IMG/VR virus record: IMGVR_UViG_3300046170_000450
Location: 22,912-86,911 of that record
Strand: one strand, 5' to 3'
DNA: 64,000 nucleotides
DNA from: a virus
In this document: one piece after another, positions 1 to 10,943 of the stretch
How positions within the stretch are numbered: position 1 is the stretch's first letter
Layout: each line of letters starts with the position of its first letter
Notes under the pieces: model-generated
Seen by the model: the letters and a program-made list of their open reading frames with translations, nothing else
Database searches by the model: none
Told to the model about the DNA's origin: nothing
Made by a program: the position numbers and the translations under genes

Positions 1-158
1 AATCAGCAGAGCAATTTACTGGAATAGGAAAAAGAATGAGTCTAACTGTTGGTATTGGGCTAAGGTATTGGAGAATTAGGCTTGACAACTATCGTGTAAA
101 TTATATTATATATATCATAAATTTTAACTAAAACAAAAACCCAAACAAAAGGAAAAAT

Positions 159-1025
159 ATGGAAAAATATCCATTCATCGTTTCAGAAGATACAGCTACC
201 CTTCTCCATGAAGGCAAGCCTTATACTCTGAATAATTCTCACTCTAATTTTAAGCCCTTCAAGAAGGCTTTGATTGCAGGTGATTTTGAAACGGCAATCA
301 ATTATCTAGACATCAAAAAGCAGATCAAAGAGTTTGCCGATGGAGAGTTAAAGGTTGAAAACGGCTCAGTATATTACTACGGCACTCAGCTTCACGGCAA
401 GGTCGTAGACAAGCTAATTGAGCTACTCGAAAGCGGTATGAAGATAGGCAGTCCATTCATTAAGTTCGTAAAGAATTTGTTGGACAATCCTAGCAACAGT
501 TCGGTCGAGGAGTTGTATGACTTCCTATCTTACAAATCACTTCCTATTGATGATGATGGCTATGTGCTAGGCTACAAGGGAGTTGCCCATGATGGTTGGT
601 CAATTAGTGGCAATACTCAAACTATCGTCTTGCAAGGCGAAGTGAATGAGCGTGGTCAAATTATGAATCGCGTTGGTGATACAATCGAAGTTCAGCGTAG
701 AAGCGTTGATGATAACCGCCAAAACAATTGCTCTCATGGCTTGCATATCGGCTCGTTCGATTACGCTAAGTCTTGGGCGGGTGGTGGTCAACTTCTGTTG
801 GTTCGTTTCAACCCTGCTGATGCAGTCAGCGTTCCACAAGATTGTTCCTGTCAGAAACTACGAGTCTGTAAGTATGAAATCATTGAGGAAATCGAAGTCG
901 AAAATGATTCCGAGATTACCGAACCATATTATGGCGTTTATACTGACGGCAATGTAGATGACATTGATAACGATTATGATGAAGATTATGATGATGAGGA
1001 GGAATACGAAAATGAACAGTATTAG
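159..1025 (+). CDS. rIIB: rIIB-like protein (T4 rIIB family)
   Basis: 288 aa ORF with rIIB-like motifs (NPS..SV.ELYDFL, GYKGV, VDDNRQNNCSHGLHIG, LLVRFNPADAVSVP.D....KLRVCKYEI) and an acidic tail. Confidence 0.75.
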   Translation: MEKYPFIVSEDTATLLHEGKPYTLNNSHSNFKPFKKALIAGDFETAINYLDIKKQIKEFADGELKVENGSVYYYGTQLHGKVVDKLIELLESGMKIGSPFIKFVKNLLDNPSNSSVEELYDFLSYKSLPIDDDGYVLGYKGVAHDGWSISGNTQTIVLQGEVNERGQIMNRVGDTIEVQRRSVDDNRQNNCSHGLHIGSFDYAKSWAGGGQLLLVRFNPADAVSVPQDCSCQKLRVCKYEIIEEIEVENDSEITEPYYGVYTDGNVDDIDNDYDEDYDDEEEYENEQY

Positions 1026-1927
1026 TGGTATTTATATATTTCTTAATCTTTTTAATTTGGCTATTAGGCTTTCCAAATGAGTAAACCAAACCAAATCATC
1101 ATAGAAGTAGATGGTCAAAAAGCCACCTACACCCTACAAGGAGACGAAGCTGAAAAGCTAGAAACGACCTTGGGAGCGTTTGAGGATGTGTTAGCAACAC
1201 ATTTTAAAATTGACCCAATGGTAAACTCCTTAGACATCGTAGATGCAGTAGCACTCGATTAAGAGTTAAAAGCGTGGGGGCAGGTAGCGAAAACATCTAC
1301 CTGTCCCCAAAAAAACAACTGATATAAAATTATAAAAAATTTAAAAAAACTTATGCAAAACGCAAACTATGTAGTCGTAGAAAAGGGTGATAAAAGCATC
1401 GTAAACTTTTATTCCACAAAACTGCCCCAATCTTTGGCTTGGGCTAAAGAATGTTCCAGACAAATGAAATCAATGAGTGGCAAAGAATATGAAGTCCTAG
1501 TCAAGATAGAAGGTCAACAAGAGCTAATGCAATTAAAAGATTATGAACATACCTTGGGTGGAAAAAGAGATAGCTGAGATTAAAAATTGGCTAGAATTAA
1601 ACGAAGGTCAATCCTTCCTGCCTACAATGGATATGGATGACCTTTTGCACAAAAAAGAAGTGGCACACAAAAAAGAGGTGCTTGAAATCTTAACAAGAAT
1701 TAAACATCATTAAAAAATGTATATCGTAGTTCACACAATGAAGCCAGATGGCAAAGATGAATGTTCGTCATTTGAGTCCGACTGGTCAACCCATGAAACC
1801 CTTGAGGAAGCTCAAAAAGAATATCAATTCTTGTTAGATTGTCCTCAAATTTACACCGCCTCAATTTGTGGCGTTATCGAATCAACTGATTATTCACCTG
1901 CCGAAAACAACAAGATATAAAACAATT

Positions 1928-2191
1928 ATGAAAATACAAACCACAGAAGATATGCAAGATATGCTCGCGGAAGATGCAATGCAATTAGACGGATTAGATG
2001 ATGCTATTATTGGTGTCAGCACTCAAGGCTATATTGTTTATAGCTATTGGAAGATCGTTCAGAAGTTTATATCCGATGATGGCATGACTGATGAAGAAGC
2101 TTTGGAATATACCGATTATAATGTTGTTGGGCTAGACGGAAACGGTAATTGGGTAATTATGTATGATAGGGAGGAATGTATCGTTTTTTAG
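1928..2191 (+). CDS. conserved phage hypothetical protein
   Basis: DGLDDAIIG...VYS..K......M..EEA.EY.DYNV.G pattern recalled from phage hypotheticals; ATG at 1928 preferred over the upstream alternative start. Confidence 0.55.
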   Translation: MKIQTTEDMQDMLAEDAMQLDGLDDAIIGVSTQGYIVYSYWKIVQKFISDDGMTDEEALEYTDYNVVGLDGNGNWVIMYDREECIVF

Positions 2192-2275
2192 TATTGCTTT
2201 CATTTGTATTGACAGATCGAATCAATGCGTATATCATAATCTTTTCTTATTAAACATATAACCAGTCCTAATCTA

Positions 2276-2821
2276 ATGAATATATTTGCTTTATCAACAG
2301 ATCACGAAGTATCGGCTAAATGGCATAACGACAAACATTGTGTTAAGATGGTCACAGAGGTGATGCAATGTCTATCCTGTGCTGTGATTCGGCACAAGAC
2401 TCCAACTCATCTTTTACCCCTGTCTAAGAAAGGCACACCAGTAAAGGGTGGGTATCATCATCATCCTAGCTCAATTTGGGCAGGTAACACCAAAGGAAAT
2501 TTTGAATGGTTATGTCATCATGGAGTAGCTCTCGCCAAAGAATACACAAGTCGCTATGGCAAGACCCACTTCTGCGAAGCCACTATTACCAAACTATTTT
2601 CTTTGATTGATTATATACCAGACGGAAAGCAAGAAGATTTCGCCATCGCTATCTCAGAAGATTCAGAGTGTCGCAAGGTCGAAGGTTTTAGTGATCTTCA
2701 TCCTTGCCTTCAGTATCGGCTCTATTACAAGCTAGACAAAGCCCACTTAGCAAACTGGAAACAGAACAAGCCTAATTGGTATGACAGGTCAGTAGAAAAA
2801 ATCATCGCCTCTGCAATTTAA
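2276..2821 (+). CDS. pyrimidine-dimer DNA glycosylase / endonuclease V-like protein
   Basis: MNIF.L......A..H.DKH.VKM..E..Q.LS, HHPS..W, N..WL..H...L..EY..RYGK.H, YR.YY..DK motifs. Confidence 0.75.
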   Translation: MNIFALSTDHEVSAKWHNDKHCVKMVTEVMQCLSCAVIRHKTPTHLLPLSKKGTPVKGGYHHHPSSIWAGNTKGNFEWLCHHGVALAKEYTSRYGKTHFCEATITKLFSLIDYIPDGKQEDFAIAISEDSECRKVEGFSDLHPCLQYRLYYKLDKAHLANWKQNKPNWYDRSVEKIIASAI

Positions 2822-3429
2822 AAAAATTTAAAAAAATATGAAACTACAAAAATTAACACTATCAGAGCAAGTCCTAGTAAGGATTTTGGGGCAATTATAT
2901 TCGATTGATTCGACTTCAGCCGAAAAGTTTAAAGATGAAGTAGGCGAAGAAGTTTGGTCTTTCGTGGAGAAGCAAGAAGGAGAGTAATATATTGGAGACG
3001 TATAGAAAACACGCTATTATACTAATGCAGAAAGCTATCAAAAAAGGAATTTTGGATACAAAAAATGCCGAAGATTTGCTGGAGTTGTTCGACGAAGAAT
3101 CAGCAGAACACAGTCCTTGTTATGCTTATGACATACTTGAGCAAGATTTATCAAACAAAAGTCATGAGTAACTACGTTGAATTGCCAAGCATAAATTGTA
3201 TTTATTTCAAAGAAAGTGAAACTATATATATGCTAGAAGGTCGCAAGCCAATTTTCACAAGCGGAACCAAACTAGAAAATATCGACGATCTTTGGGTAAA
3301 GCAATTAAGCAAAGAAGATAAAAAACTAATTGAGAAAGATTTAAAAAAATTTAAAAAAATTTAACTATGAATGGAGGACATTTTGATTTATACTTGACTT
3401 GAGGTATAAATGGGTATAAACTTATATAA

Positions 3430-3921
3430 ATGAAAGCAATAGAAGCCAACTTATTAGATTTCCCAAATGGGATCAATATGATTTTTCACCAAGCTAATAC
3501 GGAAAATGTTATGGGCGCAGGTATCGCAAAACAAATTCGTGAGCGTTATCCAGAAGCATATAAGGTAGATAGAGATTATTTCGTGCCAAAAGGCAAGGAC
3601 AGATTGGGGCATTATACCCAAGCACTTGTAAATGGCGACGATACAGACTATAAAATGGTGGCGAATCTTTATGGTCAAATGTTAAATGAGGATAGTATTT
3701 TTGGCATTAGGACTAATTATTTTGCTCTAAGGGATGCTTTGAGAGATTGTTTGGGCAATTATAATGCTTTTTTTTCACATTATGATAAGCCAATTTGCGG
3801 TTTTCCTTATGGCATGGGATGTGGATTAGGAGGTGGAGATTGGAAAATCGTAGAGAGTATTATTAAAGAAGCCTTAAAAGAATTTCACCTAAAAGGATTT
3901 ATTATAAAGTATCAGCCATGA
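3430..3921 (+). CDS. macro domain (ADP-ribose binding/processing) protein
   Basis: HQAN..NVMGAGIAKQI...YP and ANLYGQ...GMGCGLGGGDW motifs. Confidence 0.85.
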   Translation: MKAIEANLLDFPNGINMIFHQANTENVMGAGIAKQIRERYPEAYKVDRDYFVPKGKDRLGHYTQALVNGDDTDYKMVANLYGQMLNEDSIFGIRTNYFALRDALRDCLGNYNAFFSHYDKPICGFPYGMGCGLGGGDWKIVESIIKEALKEFHLKGFIIKYQP

Positions 3922-6523
3922 GTAAATTTTTAGATGAATCCTGTATTGACCCAGAAGCGACTCTATCCATTCCAGAGAGTGATGAGTCTAATCCATTCCT
4001 ACAAGCCCTTATGAGTGGTATATTGAGCCAAGTAGGACGTTGTGACTACTCTGATATAGACAATCACCCAGAATTAGATAGATTAAACAAAGATTTATAA
4101 TCGCCATTTGAAATTATAAAAGAAGTATTATGAAATTATTTTTAAAAGTTTTTAAAAGTTTATTTAAAATTGTGCTTTCCCTCACCATCGCTATCGTGAG
4201 TTTCATAGTAGATATACTCCTTTCACTAGAGTGGAAACTAGAGAGACTAAACTCCAAATTATACCCTCCTCCCTCTGTAAGTAACGAAGAATACATGAAG
4301 AAGTTAGTAAAAGAATACAATGAAAGAATAAGTAGAAAAGAAGTAGTTGTAGATTAAAATTATATGGATAGGGAATTGTCCCTCTTAGCTCTCTAAAATA
4401 AAACAAAATCTTATTTGATTAACATGAAAACAAAAACGCATTATTATCTAGGTATTACATTATCATATATAGTAGGTCTATTACTTACTGTGCCATTCTT
4501 GGTTATATTTGGGTTTATACGGCTCGTAGCCTGCGTTGCGGGCTTGGCGTATGATACGTTTATGTTCACACCAAGAGTTGTAAACAATTTTATATACAGG
4601 TATTATCAGCAACAACTGGAATCTGAAAACCATTCAACAAATCTAAACTAATCTGGTGGGAATAGATAAAATCTCAAATAAGCTCTGCCGACGAGTAAAC
4701 ACAAAAAATTTCTACGTTGATTAGTATCAGTAGAATCTGTTGCCGAATTATAACTCGACCAAATATAGTTTGCTGACTAAGCTGTGTGAAAAACAGAATC
4801 GAATTTAAATATTTTTAAATATTCACTTTATACCTTCCCCGATATTTCTTATACAAGAATTACTGCTGGACTCCCGTGAGGGATAAGACTGACTACGGCG
4901 GTGTAGGTGATGAATTAAAATTTATTTAAATTTCCTTATGCTTTACTGTCGAAAAAAGAACAAAAAAATTGGGAAGATTATTGTGCGCCCCTTTTGCACC
5001 TATATATCATATTACACTAAAGACATAAAAATTCCACTGGGAATCGAAAAAATCGCAAATATTGCTTGACAATTATACCAACTTGAAATATACTACCGCT
5101 ATGAAAATTAAGAAAAAAGAACTAATTCAATACATTAAAGGCTGTGCAGAACAATCAGAGAAACAAGCCTATAATTGGAGTGACGATGGTTATTTTGACG
5201 AAGCTTACAAAGCTCAAGTGATTGCTAACTTCTTGAGGGAAGAGCTTGTGCAAGGTATCGAAAATGATTTCGTCAAGGAGAAGTAATGAAACTCAGAATC
5301 TTTAGAAACATAAACGGAAGCCATAAGGATAAATTCCCCGATGGCAAAGAGTATCTACTAGATGTAGAGAATGACAACAAGCCCGCCGAATTTGAAAGCA
5401 TGGAAGATATTTTTAAATTATTTAAAGATGAAGGGTATGACATTTCAACTGAACAAGACCTAATCAATAATGGTATCAATGTAGAAGAAGTTAAATAATG
5501 CTCGCCAAAAAATTATCTAACCAAATATGCTTCACTCTTGTTTTTGCTTCTTTTGTATGCTTTTGCTTCCAATTAGTATCACACGGAATTTATCTTGCGA
5601 TACTGGCGAACACGCTAAAACACCATTGGTTTAAATTTTAAAAAAAAATGGAAATATTTTTAATTATAATAATCCTTACCAGCCTTTTAATAAACTGTTT
5701 TACTGAGGTTTAGTCGCCAAATATATATGAAGCCAAATATCGAACTCCACAAACCAAACAAAAAATCTTATACGATTGTCATCTGGGGTGTATTCCTCAT
5801 AATCCTAATCGCACAAATCTTTTGGTTAGGCAAAGAGGTGGGGGAACTCAAGACTACCATAGAAAAGCAAGAAAAATTTAACGAGGTTCAGTCTGATGTT
5901 ATAAGCACAATCCTAGACCATCTATTAAACGAAATCAAAAAAGACGAAGGTTCTAAATTTATTTAAATTATTTTAAATTTTGTTTGACATTGTGAAGTAT
6001 TAGTGCATACTGGTTTACATGATTAAGAAAACATTAAACAAAGATGGCACACCTCGTAAGACAGGTAGTGGTCGCAAGAAGGGTGCAAAGTCCTTTGTCA
6101 ACATCACCTTAGCCGAACTAGAAAAGTTTTGTGGTTCAGCGACAGGTATTCCAGTTAGTCGTGTATGGCTAGAACAAATGGGTGCGTGTATCCAAGGCAC
6201 TGCTCCTACTCCTGTATCAACTATTGCACCAGAGCCAGAAGCCGAACAAAAAATCTCATTCACTCTACATCAGTAACATGACAAAAGAAAAAGCATATAT
6301 TATAGCCTCATCACATTTTTTGTGCAATGAGTTTCCCAAAGGATTACTAGATAAAGATGAATCTGAAGTAATGGATTTTATCCGAGACAACAAGTGGGAG
6401 CCATTTGAATCGTGGGAACCGCATGGAATTTGGGGTTTGATTGAAGACCTAGCTGAAGATTTTTTAAAAAACTCTGCACAAAAGGATTGACACAACCACA
6501 AAAATCCACATACTGAAAGTCCT

Positions 6524-7456
6524 ATGATTACTAAAACTATGTTCAAAAACCTAATCGGTCAAGACGAGGTAAAGCGTCAGCTTTCCTTTTACGCTAAAGC
6601 ACAAAATTCTACTGGAGTCGCACCATTTCTTATGTTGAGTGGGGCAAAGGGCTTGGGTAAGACAGAATTCGCCAAGGAGTATGCTTCCAACCTCAAGAAC
6701 AAGGATGGCAGTCAACGCCCATTCCTTGAGATCAACTGCTCCACTATTAAGAATGCTAATGCTTTCTTTGAGCAAATCTTCTTGCCTATCGTGATGCATA
6801 ACGAGATTACCATCCTATTGGACGAGGCACACATGCTTCCCAAGGATTTGGTTAATGCCTTCCTTACTGTATTCAACACAGAGAAGAGCAACTTCAAAGA
6901 GTATCATCATGGTGAACAGATTTTTGCTTTTGATTTTGCCCAACAGAATTTTATCTTCGCTACTACTGAGATGGATAAGTTGTTTGCTCCCTTCAAGGAT
7001 CGCCTCACTATTGTGGACTTCAAGCCCTACACAGTTGACGAGCTATCTGAAATTATTGATTTGGTTTGTGGAGAGATCGAGTTTGAAGATGGGCTTCTGC
7101 AAGACATCGCTGAGACTACAAGGGGCAACGCTCGTTCAGCAGTCAAGCGTTCCAAAGAGATCATGCTCTACTGCGAGTCTGTGAATGACAAGGATTATTC
7201 CAAGAAGGATTGGGAGAAGATGTCTCACACCTTGGGCATCAAGCCTCTTGGGTTGTCCAACATTGAGATTGAGATTCTCAGCATCCTCAAGGATCGTGGC
7301 AACTGCTCGCTTCAGATGCTATCAGCCGTCACAGGCATGTCTCGCACAGCCATCCAGAAAGAAGCAGAACTCTATCTGCTCAAGCGAGGTCTGATGAAGA
7401 TCGATGGTCAACGTGAGATAAGTGGAAAGGGTATGAATATACTACAAAAAATTTAG
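6524..7456 (+). CDS. ruvB: RuvB-like Holliday junction branch-migration AAA+ ATPase
   Basis: LIGQ, Walker A GAKGLGKT, Walker B LLDEAH, FATT, PFKDRL, RGNAR and a C-terminal winged helix (GLSNIE...E.YLLKRGL...GQR); 310 aa. Confidence 0.8.
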   Translation: MITKTMFKNLIGQDEVKRQLSFYAKAQNSTGVAPFLMLSGAKGLGKTEFAKEYASNLKNKDGSQRPFLEINCSTIKNANAFFEQIFLPIVMHNEITILLDEAHMLPKDLVNAFLTVFNTEKSNFKEYHHGEQIFAFDFAQQNFIFATTEMDKLFAPFKDRLTIVDFKPYTVDELSEIIDLVCGEIEFEDGLLQDIAETTRGNARSAVKRSKEIMLYCESVNDKDYSKKDWEKMSHTLGIKPLGLSNIEIEILSILKDRGNCSLQMLSAVTGMSRTAIQKEAELYLLKRGLMKIDGQREISGKGMNILQKI

Positions 7457-7480
7457 TATTAGTTATCATAAATGAGAATT

Positions 7481-7512
7481 CGGTAGGGTGTGAAAGCCCT
7501 GCCGATTTTTTT
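7481..7512 (+). terminator. intrinsic terminator after ruvB-like gene
   Basis: CGGTAGGG-loop-CCCTGCCG stem followed by a T run. Confidence 0.75.
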
Positions 7513-7629
7513 TGCGCCCAAATAAGCTCGACAATCTATACCACATCAAATATAGCTGACAATTCGTATCAAGTCAAATAAAGAGTAATATATATACTAT
7601 ACAAAAAAAAGAATAAGCTGCCAAAATTA

Positions 7630-7708
7630 CATAAGTTGTTGAATATCAAGGGTTTGCGGGATCGCGGGGGCCCCAGCCCCGCAAGTCATTGACTTACAGG
7701 GACTTATG
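7630..7708. repeat. 79-bp double-palindrome element, copy 1
   Basis: CATAAGTTGTTGA-ATA-TCAAGGGTTTGCG / 21-bp GC-rich spacer / CGCAAGTCATTGA-CTT-ACAGGGACTTATG. Confidence 0.95.
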
Positions 7709-7711
7709 GGA

Positions 7712-7930
7712 TCAGTAGTCTGGTTCGTCAGGCAGGTGATCAAAGTAGTTGCAGGGGTCACGAAACCCAACATCTGCATCAGGGTAGGCAGCTTGAGCCT
7801 CCTCAATGGTGTCGAAGTTATCGACGAAGCGTTTGCAGGTTTGACCCGCAAGCACTGAAGACTCAGGGTATTCCCCGAACTCATAGACGGAGAAGCCCCC
7901 GCCTTTCCCATTTTCTATTGTTTTATCCAT
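7712..7930 (-). CDS. small hypothetical protein (leaderless)
   Basis: 72 aa ORF; TTGACA-N16-CATACT-N7-ATG upstream; stop 3 nt from element copy 1. Confidence 0.7.
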   Translation of the reverse strand: MDKTIENGKGGGFSVYEFGEYPESSVLAGQTCKRFVDNFDTIEEAQAAYPDADVGFRDPCNYFDHLPDEPDY

Positions 7931-7991
7931 AACTAACAGTATGGTTATTTTTTTGTGGTTGTCAATAGATTTTTTAAAATTTATTTAAATT

Positions 7992-8070
7992 TGTAAGTCG
8001 TTCTATATCAAGGAGTTGCGCGTCGGGGTGGGCCCCAGCCCCGCAAGTGCCTGATAGTCAAGCACTTACG
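7992..8070. repeat. 79-bp double-palindrome element, copy 2
   Basis: TGTAAGTCGTTCT-ATA-TCAAGGAGTTGCG / 21 bp / CGCAAGTGCCTGA-TAG-TCAAGCACTTACG. Confidence 0.95.
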
Positions 8071-8073
8071 AAT

Positions 8074-8250
8074 TTAATCGTCGTGGATTAAATGCGGGCG
8101 CGATTTATACCAAGCCCTGATCATTGCAGAAGTCCAATTCTTGGGCTCGCTTTCAAGCCAAGAGCGCGGCTTCTTTTCGTAAAGCTCAATCTCTTTAGCC
8201 ACACGAATTTTTTTCTCTTGTTCCGTTTCTTTTTTAAAGGGTAGTTTCAT
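8074..8250 (-). CDS. small hypothetical protein (58 aa)
   Basis: Hand translation MKLPFKKETEQEKKIRVAKE...PHLIHDD*; stop 3 nt from element copy 2. Confidence 0.55.
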   Translation of the reverse strand: MKLPFKKETEQEKKIRVAKEIELYEKKPRSWLESEPKNWTSAMIRAWYKSRPHLIHDD

Positions 8251-8612
8251 TTTAGTCTAATGGTTTTTTGTGTTTGGTTTTTCGGTTGTATTTCGATCTG
8301 TCAAAAAAAGGGCGGGAGGGCAAAAGCCCTTGCCCCTTGCGAACACTTTTCAAGATGTTCCGAAGATTAAGTTTTGGAGGAATTGATTTTGCCATTTGCG
8401 GGAGTCCTGTTCGGGTGTCCTATTTTCAAGGGTCGTATTAAAGCGCGAGAACTCGTCTTGCAAGTCGGCTTCGGTTGTGGGCAATTGCCCAATTTGGTCG
8501 GTTGGATTTTTTTGTTCACAGATTTTTTTGATTAGGTTATATCGTTCAGTATGATTCATGATTGAGGGTTATTATTAGTAGAATTAAGAGGGTTAGAACT
8601 ATTATCATTTTG

Positions 8613-9320
8613 TTAGCCTATAACAAAACCTGTTTCGTCCTTCTTGGCAAGTCCTTTTTGCACAAGTCCTACAATTTTATTTTTACCATCCAAGAAACGC
8701 AAGTCAGTTTCATCGCCGTTAACAACTTTAACAGACTTCCAAGACTTTGGAAACTCATTGCGAAAGACTGCCGCGACATTTCCGCCAAGCTTGAGAACCA
8801 AGTCAACCAAGTTGTCATTGCATTCACTGCGCGAAAAAGTAAGATGGTAGTTGCTTGGCATTTTACCTTTGAGATATTTTTGCATACGAGGAAAAGACTT
8901 GGTATAATCGTAGAATTGAACATCTGGATACATTTCCATAAGCGAAAGCTTTTTTCCGTCCGATTCAACCTTTATGCTTTCCCAAGGCAAGTCACTTGTA
9001 AGATTAAGACGGAAGCAAGGCTTCATATCTTTTTTTGCGGAAAGCTTAACAGCGTTGCCAATCTCTTTAGCAAGTTGCCAAGTAAAAGCATTTTTATCGG
9101 CAAAGAATTTTTGTGTTTTTGCAATGCGAGATTTTTGAACATTCGACATCGCGCCACGTCCAGCGGTGTTAAGACAAGCGGCGGCGCATCCAGCAGAAGC
9201 GTGAGCGCAAACATTTTTGCCAGCTAAGTTAAAAGGCGCAAGGTGCAGACCAAAAGTAGTCCAGCCAAGTTTTTCGCCTTTGATTGTTTTCGAGTTTCCT
9301 GAGTTTAGTAGTTTAGTCAT
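8613..9320 (-). CDS. GP88-like Cys-rich phage protein
   Basis: NSKT.K...LHLAP...NVC..AS.GC.AACLNTAGRG...RLN.TSD..WE...FYDYTK...YHLTFS motifs; leaderless TTGACT-N17-GATAAT-N7-ATG. Confidence 0.7.
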   Translation of the reverse strand: MTKLLNSGNSKTIKGEKLGWTTFGLHLAPFNLAGKNVCAHASAGCAAACLNTAGRGAMSNVQKSRIAKTQKFFADKNAFTWQLAKEIGNAVKLSAKKDMKPCFRLNLTSDLPWESIKVESDGKKLSLMEMYPDVQFYDYTKSFPRMQKYLKGKMPSNYHLTFSRSECNDNLVDLVLKLGGNVAAVFRNEFPKSWKSVKVVNGDETDLRFLDGKNKIVGLVQKGLAKKDETGFVIG

Positions 9321-9436
9321 AAAAGGTATTATCTTATTTTTTATTAGTTAAGTCAAGGGATTTTCTAACAAAATTTAAAAAAACTTTTTTAAAAAAAGAC
9401 TTGACAGCCGAGCGAAGAGCTAGGTAAAAAAAGTTT

Positions 9437-9515
9437 CGTAAGTCGTTGAATACCAAGGACTTACGCGTCGCGGGGGGCCGCGGCCCCGCAAGTCGTTGAT
9501 TATCAAGCACTTATG
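9437..9515. repeat. 79-bp double-palindrome element, copy 3
   Basis: CGTAAGTCGTTGA-ATA-CCAAGGACTTACG / 21 bp / CGCAAGTCGTTGA-TTA-TCAAGCACTTATG. Confidence 0.95.
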
Positions 9516-9571
9516 AATGTCAAGTAAAAAAGAAAAAGCCCCGCCCTTTCGGGCGAGGCGGTGAGGCTAGG

Positions 9572-10357
9572 CTAGGAAGCGTTTAAAACCAGCTCGCTTT
9601 GCGGAGCTTTCGCCCCTGCGTAGGTGTCGAGGACACTATACAGCGAGTTGGAGCGATTCGCCACGTTGAGCGAGTTGCCGCGCCACACGTTCGTGAAGGC
9701 GTTTTGAAGCGACCAAAGGTCACGCCCCTCGAAATTCTCATGCTCTGGCTTGTGCCATTGTCCGAAGATGTCGGCAATTTGAGTTTTGCCACACGCACCA
9801 GCTTGGAAGCCGCGCAAGATAAGATCATGCGCCGTGCGGTCATCAATCTCGCAAGACTTGTAAGAGTCAATGCGATTGTCGGAAGTAGTCCAAGAATCCA
9901 TCAACTGCCCAATCGCACGAGAAATGATTTGCGGTAAGTCGCGCATGATGTGAGTAGTATGACGGCGACCAAGCACAATCTCATTAGAGAAGATCAGATT
10001 AGAGCAAACGAAAGGTGCGTCACCTGCCGAGATGCCTGCACGGAACGCTTTGTCGTGCGAGTTGCGGAGGCACATGACTGTGCCAACGTCATCCCCATGC
10101 TTGCGACCTACGCCGCTAACTTGGAAAAGACCAAAGTAGCGTTGCCCGTAGCGGTGCAAAGCATGATGCTCTTGCACAATGTCAAGCGAAGGGTTGTTGT
10201 CGATAGCCGAGCGAAACTCAGAAACCAAAGCATCGTGAGCAACTGGAGTCCAGCGATCAGAAGCCTCTGGAGTTTTCACAGCTTTGACTTCATCAAAGTC
10301 GCATTGCTTTGATTCGCAAACATTAAGGTTGAGGAAGTTTTCGTTGATAGTAACCAT
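9572..10357 (-). CDS. DUF932/DUF945-family protein
   Basis: LRNSHDK......AG...FVCSN....RHT and LWSL.NAFT motifs. Confidence 0.75.
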   Translation of the reverse strand: MVTINENFLNLNVCESKQCDFDEVKAVKTPEASDRWTPVAHDALVSEFRSAIDNNPSLDIVQEHHALHRYGQRYFGLFQVSGVGRKHGDDVGTVMCLRNSHDKAFRAGISAGDAPFVCSNLIFSNEIVLGRRHTTHIMRDLPQIISRAIGQLMDSWTTSDNRIDSYKSCEIDDRTAHDLILRGFQAGACGKTQIADIFGQWHKPEHENFEGRDLWSLQNAFTNVWRGNSLNVANRSNSLYSVLDTYAGAKAPQSELVLNAS

Positions 10358-10504
10358 AGTATTAGTATTTAGTATTATTATTTAATTGTGAGATTACATC
10401 TTATAAGAAAAGTGGTGTGGTGTCAAGCGTTTATCGAAATAAAAATGAAATATTTTTTGTTTTTAAACTGGCATGGATCTTGAGCCTAGGAGCAGTCAAG
10501 GTTC

Positions 10505-10584
10505 CGTAAGTCGTTGTTTATCAAGGACTTGCGGGCGCGGGGGGGCCGCAGTCCACGCAAGCCGTTGAATATCAACAACTTATG
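10505..10584. repeat. double-palindrome element, copy 4 (80 bp, 22-bp spacer)
   Basis: CGTAAGTCGTTGT-TTA-TCAAGGACTTGCG / 22 bp with G run / CGCAAGCCGTTGA-ATA-TCAACAACTTATG. Confidence 0.95.
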
Positions 10585-10943
10585 AGACTAGCCTTTATCA
10601 TTGTAGGTGTCACTTCCACAGAGCCGACTTTGACGGGATAGCGATTAGGGTTAGCCACATAGAAAAATCTGTGCGATTGGTAAGGGTTATATTTTACCAA
10701 CTCAACGGGAGTTTTCTTTGGCTGCTCAACTCTTTCGCCAATGATGAAAGCATGAACGTTTTTTCTTTTCTGTTCCAAGACTCTTCTACGTCCTGCTTGC
10801 GAGACTTCAAAAGAAGCATTGTTCAAAAAGATTTGCTGAACGTGATCTGTAACACGCCAACCTTTTCCCTCGACCCATGATTGAACCGAAAGGCATTTTT
10901 TGTTGAGGTTGCGATAGACTCTGACTTTGTTTTTGTTTACCAT
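10572..10943 (-). CDS. conserved phage hypothetical protein
   Basis: VYRNLNK...SVQ...F.VSQAGR.RVL..KRKNVHAF..G...YNPY pattern; stop codon inside element copy 4. Confidence 0.7.
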   Translation of the reverse strand: MVNKNKVRVYRNLNKKCLSVQSWVEGKGWRVTDHVQQIFLNNASFEVSQAGRRRVLEQKRKNVHAFIIGERVEQPKKTPVELVKYNPYQSHRFFYVANPNRYPVKVGSVEVTPTMIKASLISC

